Shown piece after piece: positions 48,741 to 58,973 of a DNA stretch of 64,000 nucleotides. Every line of letters starts with the position of its first letter. Within the stretch, counting starts at the first letter, position 1. Under the pieces are notes generated by a model that worked only from the letters and a program-made list of their open reading frames with translations, was not told where the DNA came from and did no database searches. Made by a program: the position numbers and the translations under genes. Origin of the DNA: Eubacteriales bacterium (GTDB lineage: Bacteria; Bacillota; Clostridia; Oscillospirales; CAG-272); contig JAXDZV010000006.1 in assembly GCA_034086705.1 (NCBI GenBank), forward strand, positions 6,341 to 70,340. Reading direction: 5' to 3'.

Positions 48741-51599
48741 TCACACGGATTTGTCTGTAAGCAGCCGTGCAAGATATTGGCCAGTATAGGAATTCGGGCA
48801 GGCAGCAACCTGCTCGGGTGTGCCGCAGGCCACAACGGTACCACCGCCATCTCCGCCTTGCGGACCAAGATCAACGATATAATCCGCTGTTTTGATAACG
48901 TCAAGATTGTGCTCAATGACGACAACGGTATTTCCGCTGTCCACAAGGCGCTGTAAGATGGCAATCAAATGCGAAACATCTTCCGAATGCAAGCCGGTGG
49001 TAGGCTCGTCCAGGATGTACAGGGTGCGGCCGGTTTGCCGTCGAGAAAGTTCACTGGCAAGCTTCACGCGCTGTGCTTCTCCGCCGGATAGTGTCGTGGA
49101 GGATTGTCCTATACGCAGATAGGAAAGGCCCACATCATATAGGGTTTGTAATTTAGCACGCAGGCGCGGCAACTCTGAGAAAAAGGAAAGGCCTTCTTCC
49201 ACCGTCATATTCAGCACATCTGCGATATTTTTGTCTCGGTACGTACATTCCAAAGTTTCACGGTTATAGCGTTTACCATGGCAGACATCACAGGTAACGT
49301 ATACATCCGGCAAAAAATGCATTTCAATTTTTTTCACACCGTCTCCTTCGCAGGCTTCGCAGCGCCCACCCTTGACGTTAAACGAGAAACGGCCGGGTGA
49401 ATAGCCGCGTGCTTTTGCTTGCGGTGTCATCGCAAACAGCGACCGAATATCCTGAAACAAACCGGTATACGTGGCGGGATTTGAACGTGGTGTTCTGCCA
49501 ATCGGGCTTTGGTCAATGCAAATGACTTTGTCCAGCGCCGCAACTCCTTCAATGCGGTCATGTGCGCCGGGAAAGGTGCTGGCATGATTTAGTGTATGTG
49601 CAAGAGAAGGGTAAAGAATACCGTTAACCAGAGAAGACTTGCCCGAACCGCTGACCCCGGTGACACAGACAAAACAGCCCAGCGGAAAAGAAACATCGAT
49701 ATTTTTTAGATTGTTTTGTCGAGCTCCGTGTATGGTGAGCAAATGCCCGTTCCCGCATCTGCGTATCGATGGAATAGGAATTTTTTTGCGCCCGCTGAGA
49801 TATGCACCGGTAATTGAATTCTGATTTCGCATAATTTGTTTTGGCGTACCGGCGGCCACCACCTGTCCGCCGTGAATACCGGCGCCCGGGCCAATATCCA
49901 AAATGTAATCGGCTGCAAGCATGGTTTCCTCATCATGCTCCACCACAATGAGACTGTTGCCGGCATCGCGAAGTTGCTGCAGAGTTCGAATGAGCTTTGC
50001 ATTGTCTCGCTGGTGCAGCCCGATGCTTGGCTCATCTAAAATATACAGCACACCGGTAAGCGCAGACCCAATTTGCGTGGCAAGCCGGATGCGTTGTGCT
50101 TCACCCCCGGAAAGAGTACCGGCAGAGCGGGAAAGGGTGAGATATTCCAAACCCACGTTTTGTAAAAAAAGCAGCCGTGCTCGAATTTCTTTGATAATTT
50201 GCTGAGCAATCACTGTTTCGGATTCTCCCAGCTGCAGTGTATCGAAAAAGGCGATTGCTTGCGTAATATTTTTGTGGCAGAGTGTATCAATGTCACAGCC
50301 GCCTACGGTAACATTGCGTGCCGCTTCGTTCAGTCGCGTTCCGTGACAGCTCGGACAGGGGCGAATCTCCAAAAATGCATCGTAGTATTCGTTTGCAAAG
50401 CTGTCTGCCCGTTCTGCGATAATGGATAAAAGGCCCTTATAGGGAACGTTTTGTTCATGCCTCTGCCCGTCGAAGTACCGTACCACGTGATACAATTCCC
50501 GGCCGCTTCCCTCCAGCAGTACCTTCTTTGCCGATTCGGAAAAAGAGGCAAAGGGCATATCGATGGAAAAGCCGTGTTTTTGCCCAACGGCGATGAGCAA
50601 TGGCCCCATCCAAGTATCTTCGCTGACGGTTTTGAAGCCGTTTACCTGCACAGCGCCCTGGCGCAAGGATTTTGTGGGATCGGGAATAATCTTTTCCGGG
50701 CTGATAGCGCGCATTTGGCCCAGGCCGGCACAATCCGGACAGGCACCAAAAGGATTATTAAAAGAAAACATTCGCGGCGTCAGTTCGCCAACATTGAAAT
50801 TATGTGCTTCACAAGCATATTTTTGCGAAAAATACAGTTCTTCATCGAATTCCTGAGATGGCTGCACGGGAGCAATCAACAGATTCCCGTCTGTCAAAGA
50901 AAGGGCGGTTTCTACGGAATCGGTTAAACGGGCAGAGAACTTCTTTTGGTCTTGCGGGGTATCACGCAAAATCAAGCGGTCGACGACAATGTCAATATCG
51001 TGGCGTAAATTTTTGTCCAGAGAGATTTCTTCAGAGAGTTCATACATTGCGCCGTCTACGCGCACACGCACAAAACCGCTGCGGCGTGCGCTCTCAAAAA
51101 CTTTTTCATGCATACCCTTTTTGGCACGCACAACAGGGGCGAGCACCAAAAGACGCGTGCCGGAGGGCAGGGCAAGGATCCGGTTGACAATTTGATCCAC
51201 GCTTTGCCGGCGAATTTCTTTTTTGCATACGGGACAATGGGGAACACCCACGCGCGCATATAAAAGCCGCAGGTAGTCATAAATTTCCGTCACGGTACCC
51301 ACGGTGGAGCGGGGATTGCGGGAGGTTGTTTTTTGGTCGATGGAGATAGCAGGTGAAAGGCCTTCCACGCTGTCGATGTCCGGCTTGTCCAACTGCCCGA
51401 GAAACATACGGGCATAGGAAGAAAGAGACTCTACAAACCGCCGATGTCCCTCTGCGTAAATTGTCTCAAAGGCAAGGGAGGATTTTCCGGAGCCGGAGAG
51501 CCCCGTAAAAACCACCAACTTATCCCGCGGAATTTTGACGTCAATGTTTTTTAAATTATTGACGCGTACACCGCGCAGCGTCAAATATGGTATAGACAA
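48741..51599 (-). CDS. uvrA: excinuclease ABC subunit A
   Basis: Two ABC modules ([20 protein letters not shown]; LSGGEAQR twice) and Zn fingers. Confidence 0.97.
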   Translation of the reverse strand: MSIPYLTLRGVRVNNLKNIDVKIPRDKLVVFTGLSGSGKSSLAFETIYAEGHRRFVESLSSYARMFLGQLDKPDIDSVEGLSPAISIDQKTTSRNPRSTVGTVTEIYDYLRLLYARVGVPHCPVCKKEIRRQSVDQIVNRILALPSGTRLLVLAPVVRAKKGMHEKVFESARRSGFVRVRVDGAMYELSEEISLDKNLRHDIDIVVDRLILRDTPQDQKKFSARLTDSVETALSLTDGNLLIAPVQPSQEFDEELYFSQKYACEAHNFNVGELTPRMFSFNNPFGACPDCAGLGQMRAISPEKIIPDPTKSLRQGAVQVNGFKTVSEDTWMGPLLIAVGQKHGFSIDMPFASFSESAKKVLLEGSGRELYHVVRYFDGQRHEQNVPYKGLLSIIAERADSFANEYYDAFLEIRPCPSCHGTRLNEAARNVTVGGCDIDTLCHKNITQAIAFFDTLQLGESETVIAQQIIKEIRARLLFLQNVGLEYLTLSRSAGTLSGGEAQRIRLATQIGSALTGVLYILDEPSIGLHQRDNAKLIRTLQQLRDAGNSLIVVEHDEETMLAADYILDIGPGAGIHGGQVVAAGTPKQIMRNQNSITGAYLSGRKKIPIPSIRRCGNGHLLTIHGARQNNLKNIDVSFPLGCFVCVTGVSGSGKSSLVNGILYPSLAHTLNHASTFPGAHDRIEGVAALDKVICIDQSPIGRTPRSNPATYTGLFQDIRSLFAMTPQAKARGYSPGRFSFNVKGGRCEACEGDGVKKIEMHFLPDVYVTCDVCHGKRYNRETLECTYRDKNIADVLNMTVEEGLSFFSELPRLRAKLQTLYDVGLSYLRIGQSSTTLSGGEAQRVKLASELSRRQTGRTLYILDEPTTGLHSEDVSHLIAILQRLVDSGNTVVVIEHNLDVIKTADYIVDLGPQGGDGGGTVVACGTPEQVAACPNSYTGQYLARLLTDKSV

Positions 51600-51636
51600 A
51601 GCAGTTCTCCTTTTATAACAACATAAAATGTGTGGG

Positions 51637-53640
51637 TTATTGCTTTTTCCGTTTGTTTTGTAAAATGGCTATCTGGTCTCGGTAATAGGCAGCTTGTTCA
51701 AAGGCAAGCGCGGCCGCAGCCTTGTGCATTTCTTCCGTCAAAAAGGCGATGGGATCTTGCCCGGGCGGAATGCCCCGAACAGCGGTAGATGCCACAGAGC
51801 CGGTGTTTGTGCGCTTGCTTTTGTTTTTTGGCAAGGGGTCCTGCACGGCAATTGCAATCGGCTCTGCAACGGGCTTTTGCACGGTGCGCGGTTGAATGCC
51901 ATGTTCTTTATTGTAGGCATCTTGTACGGAACGGCGCCGCTTGGTTTCGCGCATTGCTTGTTCCATGGATGCCGTAATGGTATCAGCATACAGGAGCACT
52001 GTACCGTTTTCATTGCGTGCGGCGCGTCCTATGGTCTGAATCAGCGAGCGTGTACTGCGTAAAAAGCCTTCCTTGTCGGCATCTAATACGGCTACCAAAG
52101 ATACTTCCGGCAAATCAAGCCCTTCGCGCAGCAGGTTGATGCCGACCAAGACATCGAAAACGCCGCATCGCAGATCCCGAATCAGCGCGGTTCGCTCCAA
52201 GGTGTCAACCTTATGGTGAATATATCGTACGCGTACGCCGTTGGTTTCCAGATATTCTGTTAAATCCTCAGCCATTTTCGTAGTCAGTGTTGTGACAAGT
52301 ACGCGTTCACTGCGGGCGGTGCGCAGACGGATTTCTCCGAGCAAATCGTCCACCTGCCCCTGCACGGGGCGTACTTCAACGAGTGGATCTAATAGCCCGG
52401 TCGGTCGGATGATTTGCTCTGCTGTTTGCGCGGCGTGCTCCAGCTCATAGTCACCCGGAGTTGCGCTGACATAGATTACCTGGTTGCATTTTTCTTCAAA
52501 TTCATGAAAAAAAAGCGGACGGTTGTCAAAGGCAGATGGCAGACGAAACCCATAACGTACCAGGTTTTCTTTCCGCGCACGGTCTCCTCCGCTCATGCCG
52601 CGAATCTGCGGAACGGTTACATGCGATTCGTCGATGAAAAGCAGATAATCGCGTGGAAAAAAATCCAGCAGTGTATAGGGTGTTGATCCGGGTGCGCGAC
52701 CGGAAAGCACACGGGAATAATTTTCCACGCCTGCACAGCTACCGACCTCTCGCAGCATTTCCAAATCATACCGGGTACGCTGCTCAATGCGCTGTGCCTC
52801 CAAAAGCTCCCCGCGTTGGCGGAAGTATTCCACCCGCTCTTCCATTTCCTGCGCAATTTCGTGCAGCGCAGCCTCTCGCTTTTCATCGGAGACGGCGTAA
52901 TGGGTTGCAGGATAAATAGCTGCGTAATGCAACGAAGCAAGCACTTGTCCGGTGAGCACATCAATACGGCAGACACGGTCAATTTCATCGGCAAAGAATT
53001 CAACGCGCAGGGCTTTCTCCGCGCTGTTTGCCGGGACAATTTCCACGGTATCGCCGCGCACACGAAATTTGTCACGTGCAAGGGAAAAATCGTTGCGTTC
53101 ATATCCGATGGCAACCAGCCGAGCGAGAAAAGCATCTCGATCCATTTGCATGCCCGGGCGAACGGAGAGAACAAGCTTTTGATATTCTGCCGGATCTCCC
53201 AGAGAATAGATACAGGAAACGGAAGCAACGATGATGGTGTTGCGCTGCTCAAACAAAGAAGAGGTTGCGCTGTGCCGCAGTTTGTCAATTTCCTCATTGA
53301 TCAACGCGTCTTTTTCGATATACAGATCTTTTCCGGGGATGTAAGCCTCCGGTTGATAATAGTCATAATAAGACACAAAGTATTCCACAGCGTCTTTTGG
53401 AAAAAAGCGACGCATTTCAGAACAAACCTGTGCGGCAAGTGTTTTATTCGGTTCGATAATCAGTGTGGGGCGGTTACAGTTTGCGATAATATTTGCCATA
53501 GTAAAAGTTTTACCGGAGCCGGTAACGCCGAGCAAAACCTGTGCACCAAGCCCTGCCTGCACACCGTCGGAGAGCCTTTTGATTGCTTGCGGCTGATCGC
53601 CGGTGGGACGGTAGGGCGTTTCCAGATGAAAGCAGTCCAA
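51637..53640 (-). CDS. uvrB: excinuclease ABC subunit B
   Basis: [21 protein letters not shown] and the C-terminal UVR motif [16 protein letters not shown]. Confidence 0.97.
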   Translation of the reverse strand: MDCFHLETPYRPTGDQPQAIKRLSDGVQAGLGAQVLLGVTGSGKTFTMANIIANCNRPTLIIEPNKTLAAQVCSEMRRFFPKDAVEYFVSYYDYYQPEAYIPGKDLYIEKDALINEEIDKLRHSATSSLFEQRNTIIVASVSCIYSLGDPAEYQKLVLSVRPGMQMDRDAFLARLVAIGYERNDFSLARDKFRVRGDTVEIVPANSAEKALRVEFFADEIDRVCRIDVLTGQVLASLHYAAIYPATHYAVSDEKREAALHEIAQEMEERVEYFRQRGELLEAQRIEQRTRYDLEMLREVGSCAGVENYSRVLSGRAPGSTPYTLLDFFPRDYLLFIDESHVTVPQIRGMSGGDRARKENLVRYGFRLPSAFDNRPLFFHEFEEKCNQVIYVSATPGDYELEHAAQTAEQIIRPTGLLDPLVEVRPVQGQVDDLLGEIRLRTARSERVLVTTLTTKMAEDLTEYLETNGVRVRYIHHKVDTLERTALIRDLRCGVFDVLVGINLLREGLDLPEVSLVAVLDADKEGFLRSTRSLIQTIGRAARNENGTVLLYADTITASMEQAMRETKRRRSVQDAYNKEHGIQPRTVQKPVAEPIAIAVQDPLPKNKSKRTNTGSVASTAVRGIPPGQDPIAFLTEEMHKAAAALAFEQAAYYRDQIAILQNKRKKQ

Positions 53641-53837
53641 TGCAAAACCTCCTGCGGCGTCAAAACGCCTGATTTTTGCTTGTTGCGCGGTTGAACAGTG
53701 TATGGGGATACACTTTGCTATTATACCATTTTTCCCCCGGTTTTGAAAGAAAACGGCATACTTTTTACAAAAAAGTCACCAATCGATGCTGCTTGTCGGC
53801 GCAGTTGTTTTTTCTGCATGAAAAACAGCAGTACCTG

Positions 53838-53866
53838 TTGCAAAAAACAGCCGTGTCGGGTATTAT
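53838..53866 (+). promoter_or_regulatory. sigma-70-type promoter of pepF
   Basis: TTGCAA, a 17-nt spacer, then TATTAT. Confidence 0.4.
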
Positions 53867-53895
53867 AAAGACAACAATAAAACGGAGGGGCAAAG

Positions 53896-55677
53896 ATGAA
53901 ACTACAAGACAGAAGCAAAACAGCTTCTTGCAACCAATGGGATCTTTCCCACATTTACAAAACGCGGGCAGATTGGGAAAAAGCGCTGACCGAGGCAACA
54001 CGGGCAACGGAAGCTCTCCTCCCGCTTGCAACAACGCTGGGCACAAGTGCGAATGCGTTGGCAGCAGGGCTTGCGCAAATTTTACAGGCACAACAACTGC
54101 AGCAGCGGGTGTATATTTATGCCTATCTTACCTTATGTCAGGACAACGGCGATGCAGATGCACAGCAGATGGAGGAGCGAGCACGGGCGCTGGGCGTGTT
54201 ATTTGAAAGTACAACTGCTTTTGTGGAACCGGAGTTACTTGCCATAAACGCGCAAACGCTGCAACAATATTTGATGCAGCCGGAGCTTATACCGTATCGC
54301 CACCGGATCGAGAACATTGTGCGCGGTCGTGCACATGTCCTGCCTTTCAAAGAGGAAAAAATGTTGGCGATGTTGCAGGATGCGGCGGGTAGCTGCCGCA
54401 AGGGCTTTGAGATGCTGCAAAGTGTAGATATGCCGTTTCCAGCCGTGCACGATGAACAAGGGCGGCTGATTTCGCTAAGTCACGGCAATTACGGGGTGCT
54501 TCGCGAGAGCCGCAGCAGAGCCGTACGAAAAGAAGCGTTTGCAGCATATTTTGGAACCTATCGGCAATATTGCAATACTTTTGCCGCACTACTGGGCGGC
54601 AGCATCAAGATGGACTGCTATTACAGCCGCCAACGCAATTTCTCCGATGCATGTGAAATGGCACTGTTCCAAAAAAATGTGCCCTCGGCGGTGTATGATA
54701 CACTGATTGCAGCGGTACATGCGGCTCTTCCGCTGTTGCACGACTATCTTGCTTTGCGAAAGCAAATACTGGGGCTGGATACACTGCACATGTATGATTT
54801 GTATTGCCCGATGGTGCCGCAAGTGGAAATGCCCATGCCGTTTGAAAAGGCGAAAGCCTTAGTGTTGCAGGCGACGGCTTGTCTTGGAGAGGCATACACT
54901 GCAACATTGGAGCGGGCATTTGAGGAGCGATGGATCGATATATATGAAAACCGCGGTAAAACAACCGGAGCATTTTCCTGCGGTGTTTGGGGGGTTCACC
55001 CGTATGTACTGCTCAATTATACGGAAACGCTCGATGATGCATTTACGCTGGCGCATGAGCTGGGGCATTGTATGCATTCATACCTGGCAGACCAAGCGCA
55101 GAGCTATGGCAACCATGCGTATGAAATTTTGGTAGCGGAGGTTGCCTCTACGGTGAATGAGGTGCTTTTGACGAAGTATTTGCTTGCTGAAGAGCAAGAT
55201 CCGGCGCGCCGTGCATATATTGCAAACCATTTACTGGAGGATTTCCGCACAACGGTGTTCAGGCAGACGCTGTTTGCGGAATTTGAACGCACCACGCATC
55301 GGATGTATCAGGCGGGCGAACCACTGACTGCATCTTCTATGAATGCACTGTATCACAGCCTAAACGAGCAGTATTACCAAGGGGTGGAGATCGATGCCGA
55401 ACAAGATGTGGAGTGGGCGCATATTCCGCATTTTTACGATGCGTTTTATGTTTTCCAATATGCCACGGGCTTTTGCACCGCCGTTGCAATCGCCGGGAAA
55501 ATTTTTGCTACCCAGGATGCAACGGCGTATTTTGCGTTCCTTCGATCCGGCGGCAGTATGTATCCGATGGAGCAGCTGGCATCGGTTGGGATAGATTTGA
55601 CAAACCCCAAGACCGTACAAGATGCAATGGAGCTTTTTGCGGATACTTTACAGCAACTTCGAGAGATGCTGCTCTAA
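53896..55677 (+). CDS. pepF: oligoendopeptidase F (M3B family)
   Basis: The zincin motif HELGHCMH, with overall M3B length and layout. Confidence 0.9.
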   Translation: MKLQDRSKTASCNQWDLSHIYKTRADWEKALTEATRATEALLPLATTLGTSANALAAGLAQILQAQQLQQRVYIYAYLTLCQDNGDADAQQMEERARALGVLFESTTAFVEPELLAINAQTLQQYLMQPELIPYRHRIENIVRGRAHVLPFKEEKMLAMLQDAAGSCRKGFEMLQSVDMPFPAVHDEQGRLISLSHGNYGVLRESRSRAVRKEAFAAYFGTYRQYCNTFAALLGGSIKMDCYYSRQRNFSDACEMALFQKNVPSAVYDTLIAAVHAALPLLHDYLALRKQILGLDTLHMYDLYCPMVPQVEMPMPFEKAKALVLQATACLGEAYTATLERAFEERWIDIYENRGKTTGAFSCGVWGVHPYVLLNYTETLDDAFTLAHELGHCMHSYLADQAQSYGNHAYEILVAEVASTVNEVLLTKYLLAEEQDPARRAYIANHLLEDFRTTVFRQTLFAEFERTTHRMYQAGEPLTASSMNALYHSLNEQYYQGVEIDAEQDVEWAHIPHFYDAFYVFQYATGFCTAVAIAGKIFATQDATAYFAFLRSGGSMYPMEQLASVGIDLTNPKTVQDAMELFADTLQQLREMLL

Positions 55678-55749
55678 ACGGCTGTGTAAACGTGCAAGGC
55701 TGTTTTTTGTTCTGGCACGGTCGCTTAGGTCATAGCAGAGAACAGAGAA

Positions 55750-55777
55750 AACCCGCGCTGAAAAAGCAGCGCGGGTT
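55750..55777. terminator. terminator between convergent pepF and rnc
   Basis: AACCCGCGCTG / CAGCGCGGGTT stem with a T-run on the minus-strand side. Confidence 0.7.
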
Positions 55778-55832
55778 CCTTATTGTGTATAGCATGCGTA
55801 GATGGCTGCGAATAACCGGTGATGGCACTAAG

Positions 55833-56561
55833 TTAAGCGTCAGCAGCACCAAAAAGAGCCAACGCTTGCAAAGCGGCAGCTTGTTCTGCTTCCCGTTTGC
55901 TGCGGCCGACGCCGGTACCGATGACATTGCTGTTTAGGCGAGCCTGTATCTCAAACTGTTTGTCGTGGTCGGGACCTCTTTCTGCAACAAGAACATATTC
56001 CAGGCGCTCTCCCGGCTCCTGTTGCACAATCTGCTGCAATTTTGTTTTATAATCGTGTGTACGACCATGCATAACCGGTGTCTGTGCGACAAGAAACGGC
56101 ATGAGAAAGCGGCGAACGGTTTCCAGGTTTGCTCCGCTATCCAAATAAATTGCGGCAAGGAGGGCTTCAAAGGCATCTGCGAGGATGGATTTTCGGGTTC
56201 TGCCTCCGTTTTTTTCTTCTCCATGCCCTAAGAGCAAAAAGTCACCCAGGTGAATATCACAAGCGTTACGCCATAGTGCTTCTTCACATACAAGTTGTGC
56301 ACGCAGCTTGGTAAGCTCCCCTTCAGGATCTGAGGGGAAAAGGGAAAACAGATAGTCGCTCGTGAGCAAAGAGAGGATGCTGTCGCCTAAAAATTCATAT
56401 CTTTCGTTACAATTGCAAGGAGTTCCTTTGGCTTGCAGCTCATGTGCCAAAGAGGAATGCGTCAACGCCTGCGCTAACACGGTGCGGTCGGCAAATTGAT
56501 AGCCGATAGTCTGCTCCAGGTTGGCGATGTCTTCTCCCAGTAGCTGTGCCATGTTATCCAT
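55833..56561 (-). CDS. rnc: ribonuclease III
   Basis: Track ORF trimmed from 56795; the extension is antisense-frame read-through into plsX. Motifs LEQTIGYQFADRTVLAQALTHSS, ERYEFLGDSIL and a dsRBD at the C-terminus. ATG 56552 is an alternative start. Confidence 0.9.
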   Translation of the reverse strand: MDNMAQLLGEDIANLEQTIGYQFADRTVLAQALTHSSLAHELQAKGTPCNCNERYEFLGDSILSLLTSDYLFSLFPSDPEGELTKLRAQLVCEEALWRNACDIHLGDFLLLGHGEEKNGGRTRKSILADAFEALLAAIYLDSGANLETVRRFLMPFLVAQTPVMHGRTHDYKTKLQQIVQQEPGERLEYVLVAERGPDHDKQFEIQARLNSNVIGTGVGRSKREAEQAAALQALALFGAADA

Positions 56562-57621
56562 GGACTTGTTCCTCCGCGGTTTCTGCCGGCTGCGGCTGCT
56601 GTGCCGCTTCGATCTTGTCGGAACGGACATATTGCTGCGCCCAGGCGGCGATTTGGTCGGAAATACCGCTTTGCAAATAGGCGGCTGCCTGCCGGATGGC
56701 ATTTTTGACGGCACGCGCATCGGAGGAGCCATGTGCTTTGATGACGGGTTTTGAAATACCAAGGAAGGGCGCGCCGCCATACTCCGAAGCATCAAATTCT
56801 TTTTTCAGATCGACAAACTGTTTTTTGAACAAAATGGCAGACATTTTGGTTGCAACATTGGAAAAGAACAGACCTTTGACCTTTTGCAAAGCAAATCGGG
56901 ACATTCCTTCCACCAGTTTGAGTGCAATATTCCCTGTAAATCCGTCTGCGACCAACACATCGCACTTCCCGCGCGGAATGTCCTTGCCTTCTATATTCCC
57001 TACAAAATGCAGAGAAGAATTTTGCAGAAGTTGATAGGTTTGTGCATAAACCGGGGGGCCCTTGTGTGCTTCGGTCCCGTTGTTGAGTAGGCCGACCTCT
57101 ACATGCGGATTTTGGAAGATGCCCTGCATATAAAGTACGCCAAGATGAGCAAACTGTTCCAAATACTCGGGGACAACGGTGACGTTTGCACCGCTGTCCA
57201 GCAAGAGCAACGGCCGTTCAAACGGCAAAATCGTGCCGATGGCTGCACGGCGGATTCCGCGGTGCGGGCGCACATAGGTTGTAGCGCCGGTGAGCAGCGC
57301 GCCGGTATTGCCAGCGCAAACAAAGGCGTCGCCTTCCCCATCGGCGAGTGAGCGCAGTCCGATTGCCATGGAGGAGTTTCGCTTCTTGCGCAGAACGTCA
57401 AATGGCTCGTCCTCCATGGTCAAAATTTGTTCTGCATGTACCAGTGTAATCCGCTGTCCGACTTGTTCCGTTGCACCGCACAGCGCAAGCTCTCGACGAA
57501 CCGCCGCTTCATCGCCAACCAATGTCAGCGAGATATCCATTTCCTGCAGCGCTAAAACGGCGCCGCGGACAATGGCACCGGGCGCGTTATCGCCGCCCAT
57601 GGCGTCAATGATGATCCTCAT
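56554..57621 (-). CDS. plsX: phosphate acyltransferase PlsX
   Basis: MRIIIDAMGGDNAP and GFTGNIALK. Confidence 0.95.
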   Translation of the reverse strand: MRIIIDAMGGDNAPGAIVRGAVLALQEMDISLTLVGDEAAVRRELALCGATEQVGQRITLVHAEQILTMEDEPFDVLRKKRNSSMAIGLRSLADGEGDAFVCAGNTGALLTGATTYVRPHRGIRRAAIGTILPFERPLLLLDSGANVTVVPEYLEQFAHLGVLYMQGIFQNPHVEVGLLNNGTEAHKGPPVYAQTYQLLQNSSLHFVGNIEGKDIPRGKCDVLVADGFTGNIALKLVEGMSRFALQKVKGLFFSNVATKMSAILFKKQFVDLKKEFDASEYGGAPFLGISKPVIKAHGSSDARAVKNAIRQAAAYLQSGISDQIAAWAQQYVRSDKIEAAQQPQPAETAEEQVHG

Positions 57622-58973
57622 GGAAGCAAGCCCTCCTTATAACATGTATCAAAATAGGTAAGACTACGGCGAACATATTCGTCGTATTTTGCGCGTTTTC
57701 CGCCGCGTACACGTGCGGATAGCGGTGCAATTAAGCCAAAATTGGCATTCATCGGTTCAAAACGAACATGCGCAGGATTTGAAATATAGGAAGCCATCGC
57801 GCCCATCATGCTGACCGGAGAAAAGACAAACGGGGCCTGCCCCATCGCTTGCCGCGCGGCGTTTATTCCGGCGATGCATCCGGAGGCAGCGCTTTCCACG
57901 TAGCCTTCAACTCCGGTCATCTGGCCGGCAAAGTAGAACTTTGGCTGCGAACGCCAGGCGTAGGTGGCGTCTAACAACGCCGGCGCGTTTAGATAGGTAT
58001 TCCGGTGCATTACGCCATAGCGCAAAAAAGTAGCGTTTTGCAGAGCGGGAATCTGTGAAAAAACACGGCGTTGCTCCGAAAAAGTCAACCGCGTCTGACA
58101 GCCGACTAAATTATACATTGTGCCTGCCGCATTTTCTCTGCGAAGCTGTAAAACGGCATAGGGCTCTTTGCCGGTTCGTGGGTCGGGCAGTCCCACGGGC
58201 TTAAAGGGGCCATAACGCAGGGTATCAATTCCTCGCGCTGCCATAACCTCGATGGGCATACAGCCTTCAAAAACGGTCAGATCTGCCTGCGCTTGCGCAT
58301 CAAAATCGTGCAATGGGGCAAGCTGCGCATGCAGCAAAGCGTCATAAAAAGCGGTATATTCTTCTTGTGTGAGCGGGCAGTTGAGATATGCCGCTTCCCC
58401 TTTGCCGTAGCGTGAAGAAAGGTAGGCATGTGTGTAATCGATGCTTTCACCGTCTACAATCGGAGCGGCAGCATCAAAAAAATGAAGCGATTCTACGCCA
58501 AAGGCTTCTTGCAGTGCAGAAGCCAGGGGGGCAGAGGTGAGCGGACCGGTCGCGATGACAACGATGCCGTCTGCTGCATCCGGCAGAGCCGTTACTTCGC
58601 AGGCTTGTACGGTGATTCGCGGATGTGTACGCAACGCTTGGGTAACATGCGCAGAAAAACGTGTGCGGTCAACTGCCAAAGCGGCGCCCGCCGCAACAGC
58701 AGTTGCGTCTGCGGCGGAAAGAATGAGAGAATGCATACGCCGTAATTCTTCTTTGAGCAGTCCCACTGCGTTAAAAAGCTGTGCAGAGCGCAGCGAGTTT
58801 GAGCAAACCAGCTCTGCGAAGTCCGGGGAGTGATGTGCAGGGGAATAGTGCAGCGGCTTCATTTCTAAAAGCTGTACGTGAACACCGCGTTGCGCAGCTT
58901 GCCAGGCTGCCTCTGCGCCCGCAAGCCCGGCGCCTATGACGGTGATATGGGGGGGTTGTTCCGGTGTATTCAA
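57618..58973 (-). CDS. trmFO: methylenetetrahydrofolate--tRNA-(uracil-5-)-methyltransferase
   Basis: ITVIGAGLAGAEAAWQAAQRG, SNSLRS and FAGQMTGVEGYVES. Confidence 0.95.
   Translation of the reverse strand: MNTPEQPPHITVIGAGLAGAEAAWQAAQRGVHVQLLEMKPLHYSPAHHSPDFAELVCSNSLRSAQLFNAVGLLKEELRRMHSLILSAADATAVAAGAALAVDRTRFSAHVTQALRTHPRITVQACEVTALPDAADGIVVIATGPLTSAPLASALQEAFGVESLHFFDAAAPIVDGESIDYTHAYLSSRYGKGEAAYLNCPLTQEEYTAFYDALLHAQLAPLHDFDAQAQADLTVFEGCMPIEVMAARGIDTLRYGPFKPVGLPDPRTGKEPYAVLQLRRENAAGTMYNLVGCQTRLTFSEQRRVFSQIPALQNATFLRYGVMHRNTYLNAPALLDATYAWRSQPKFYFAGQMTGVEGYVESAASGCIAGINAARQAMGQAPFVFSPVSMMGAMASYISNPAHVRFEPMNANFGLIAPLSARVRGGKRAKYDEYVRRSLTYFDTCYKEGLLP

Noticed and set aside
50479-50494. A parS-like 16-mer CGTACCACGTGATACA inside uvrA.
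   Set aside because: It has three mismatches to TGTTNCACGTGAAACA, including both outer arms, so it is probably coding-sequence coincidence.
53641-53895. LexA (Cheo-box, GAAC-N4-GTTC) operators upstream of uvrB/uvrA, and Rex operators (TTGTGAA-N-TTCACAA type) near rex.
   Set aside because: I looked for them by eye in 53641..53895, 51600..51636, 33369..33456 and 32615..32672 and found no acceptable match. The absence cannot be considered proven without a matrix scan.
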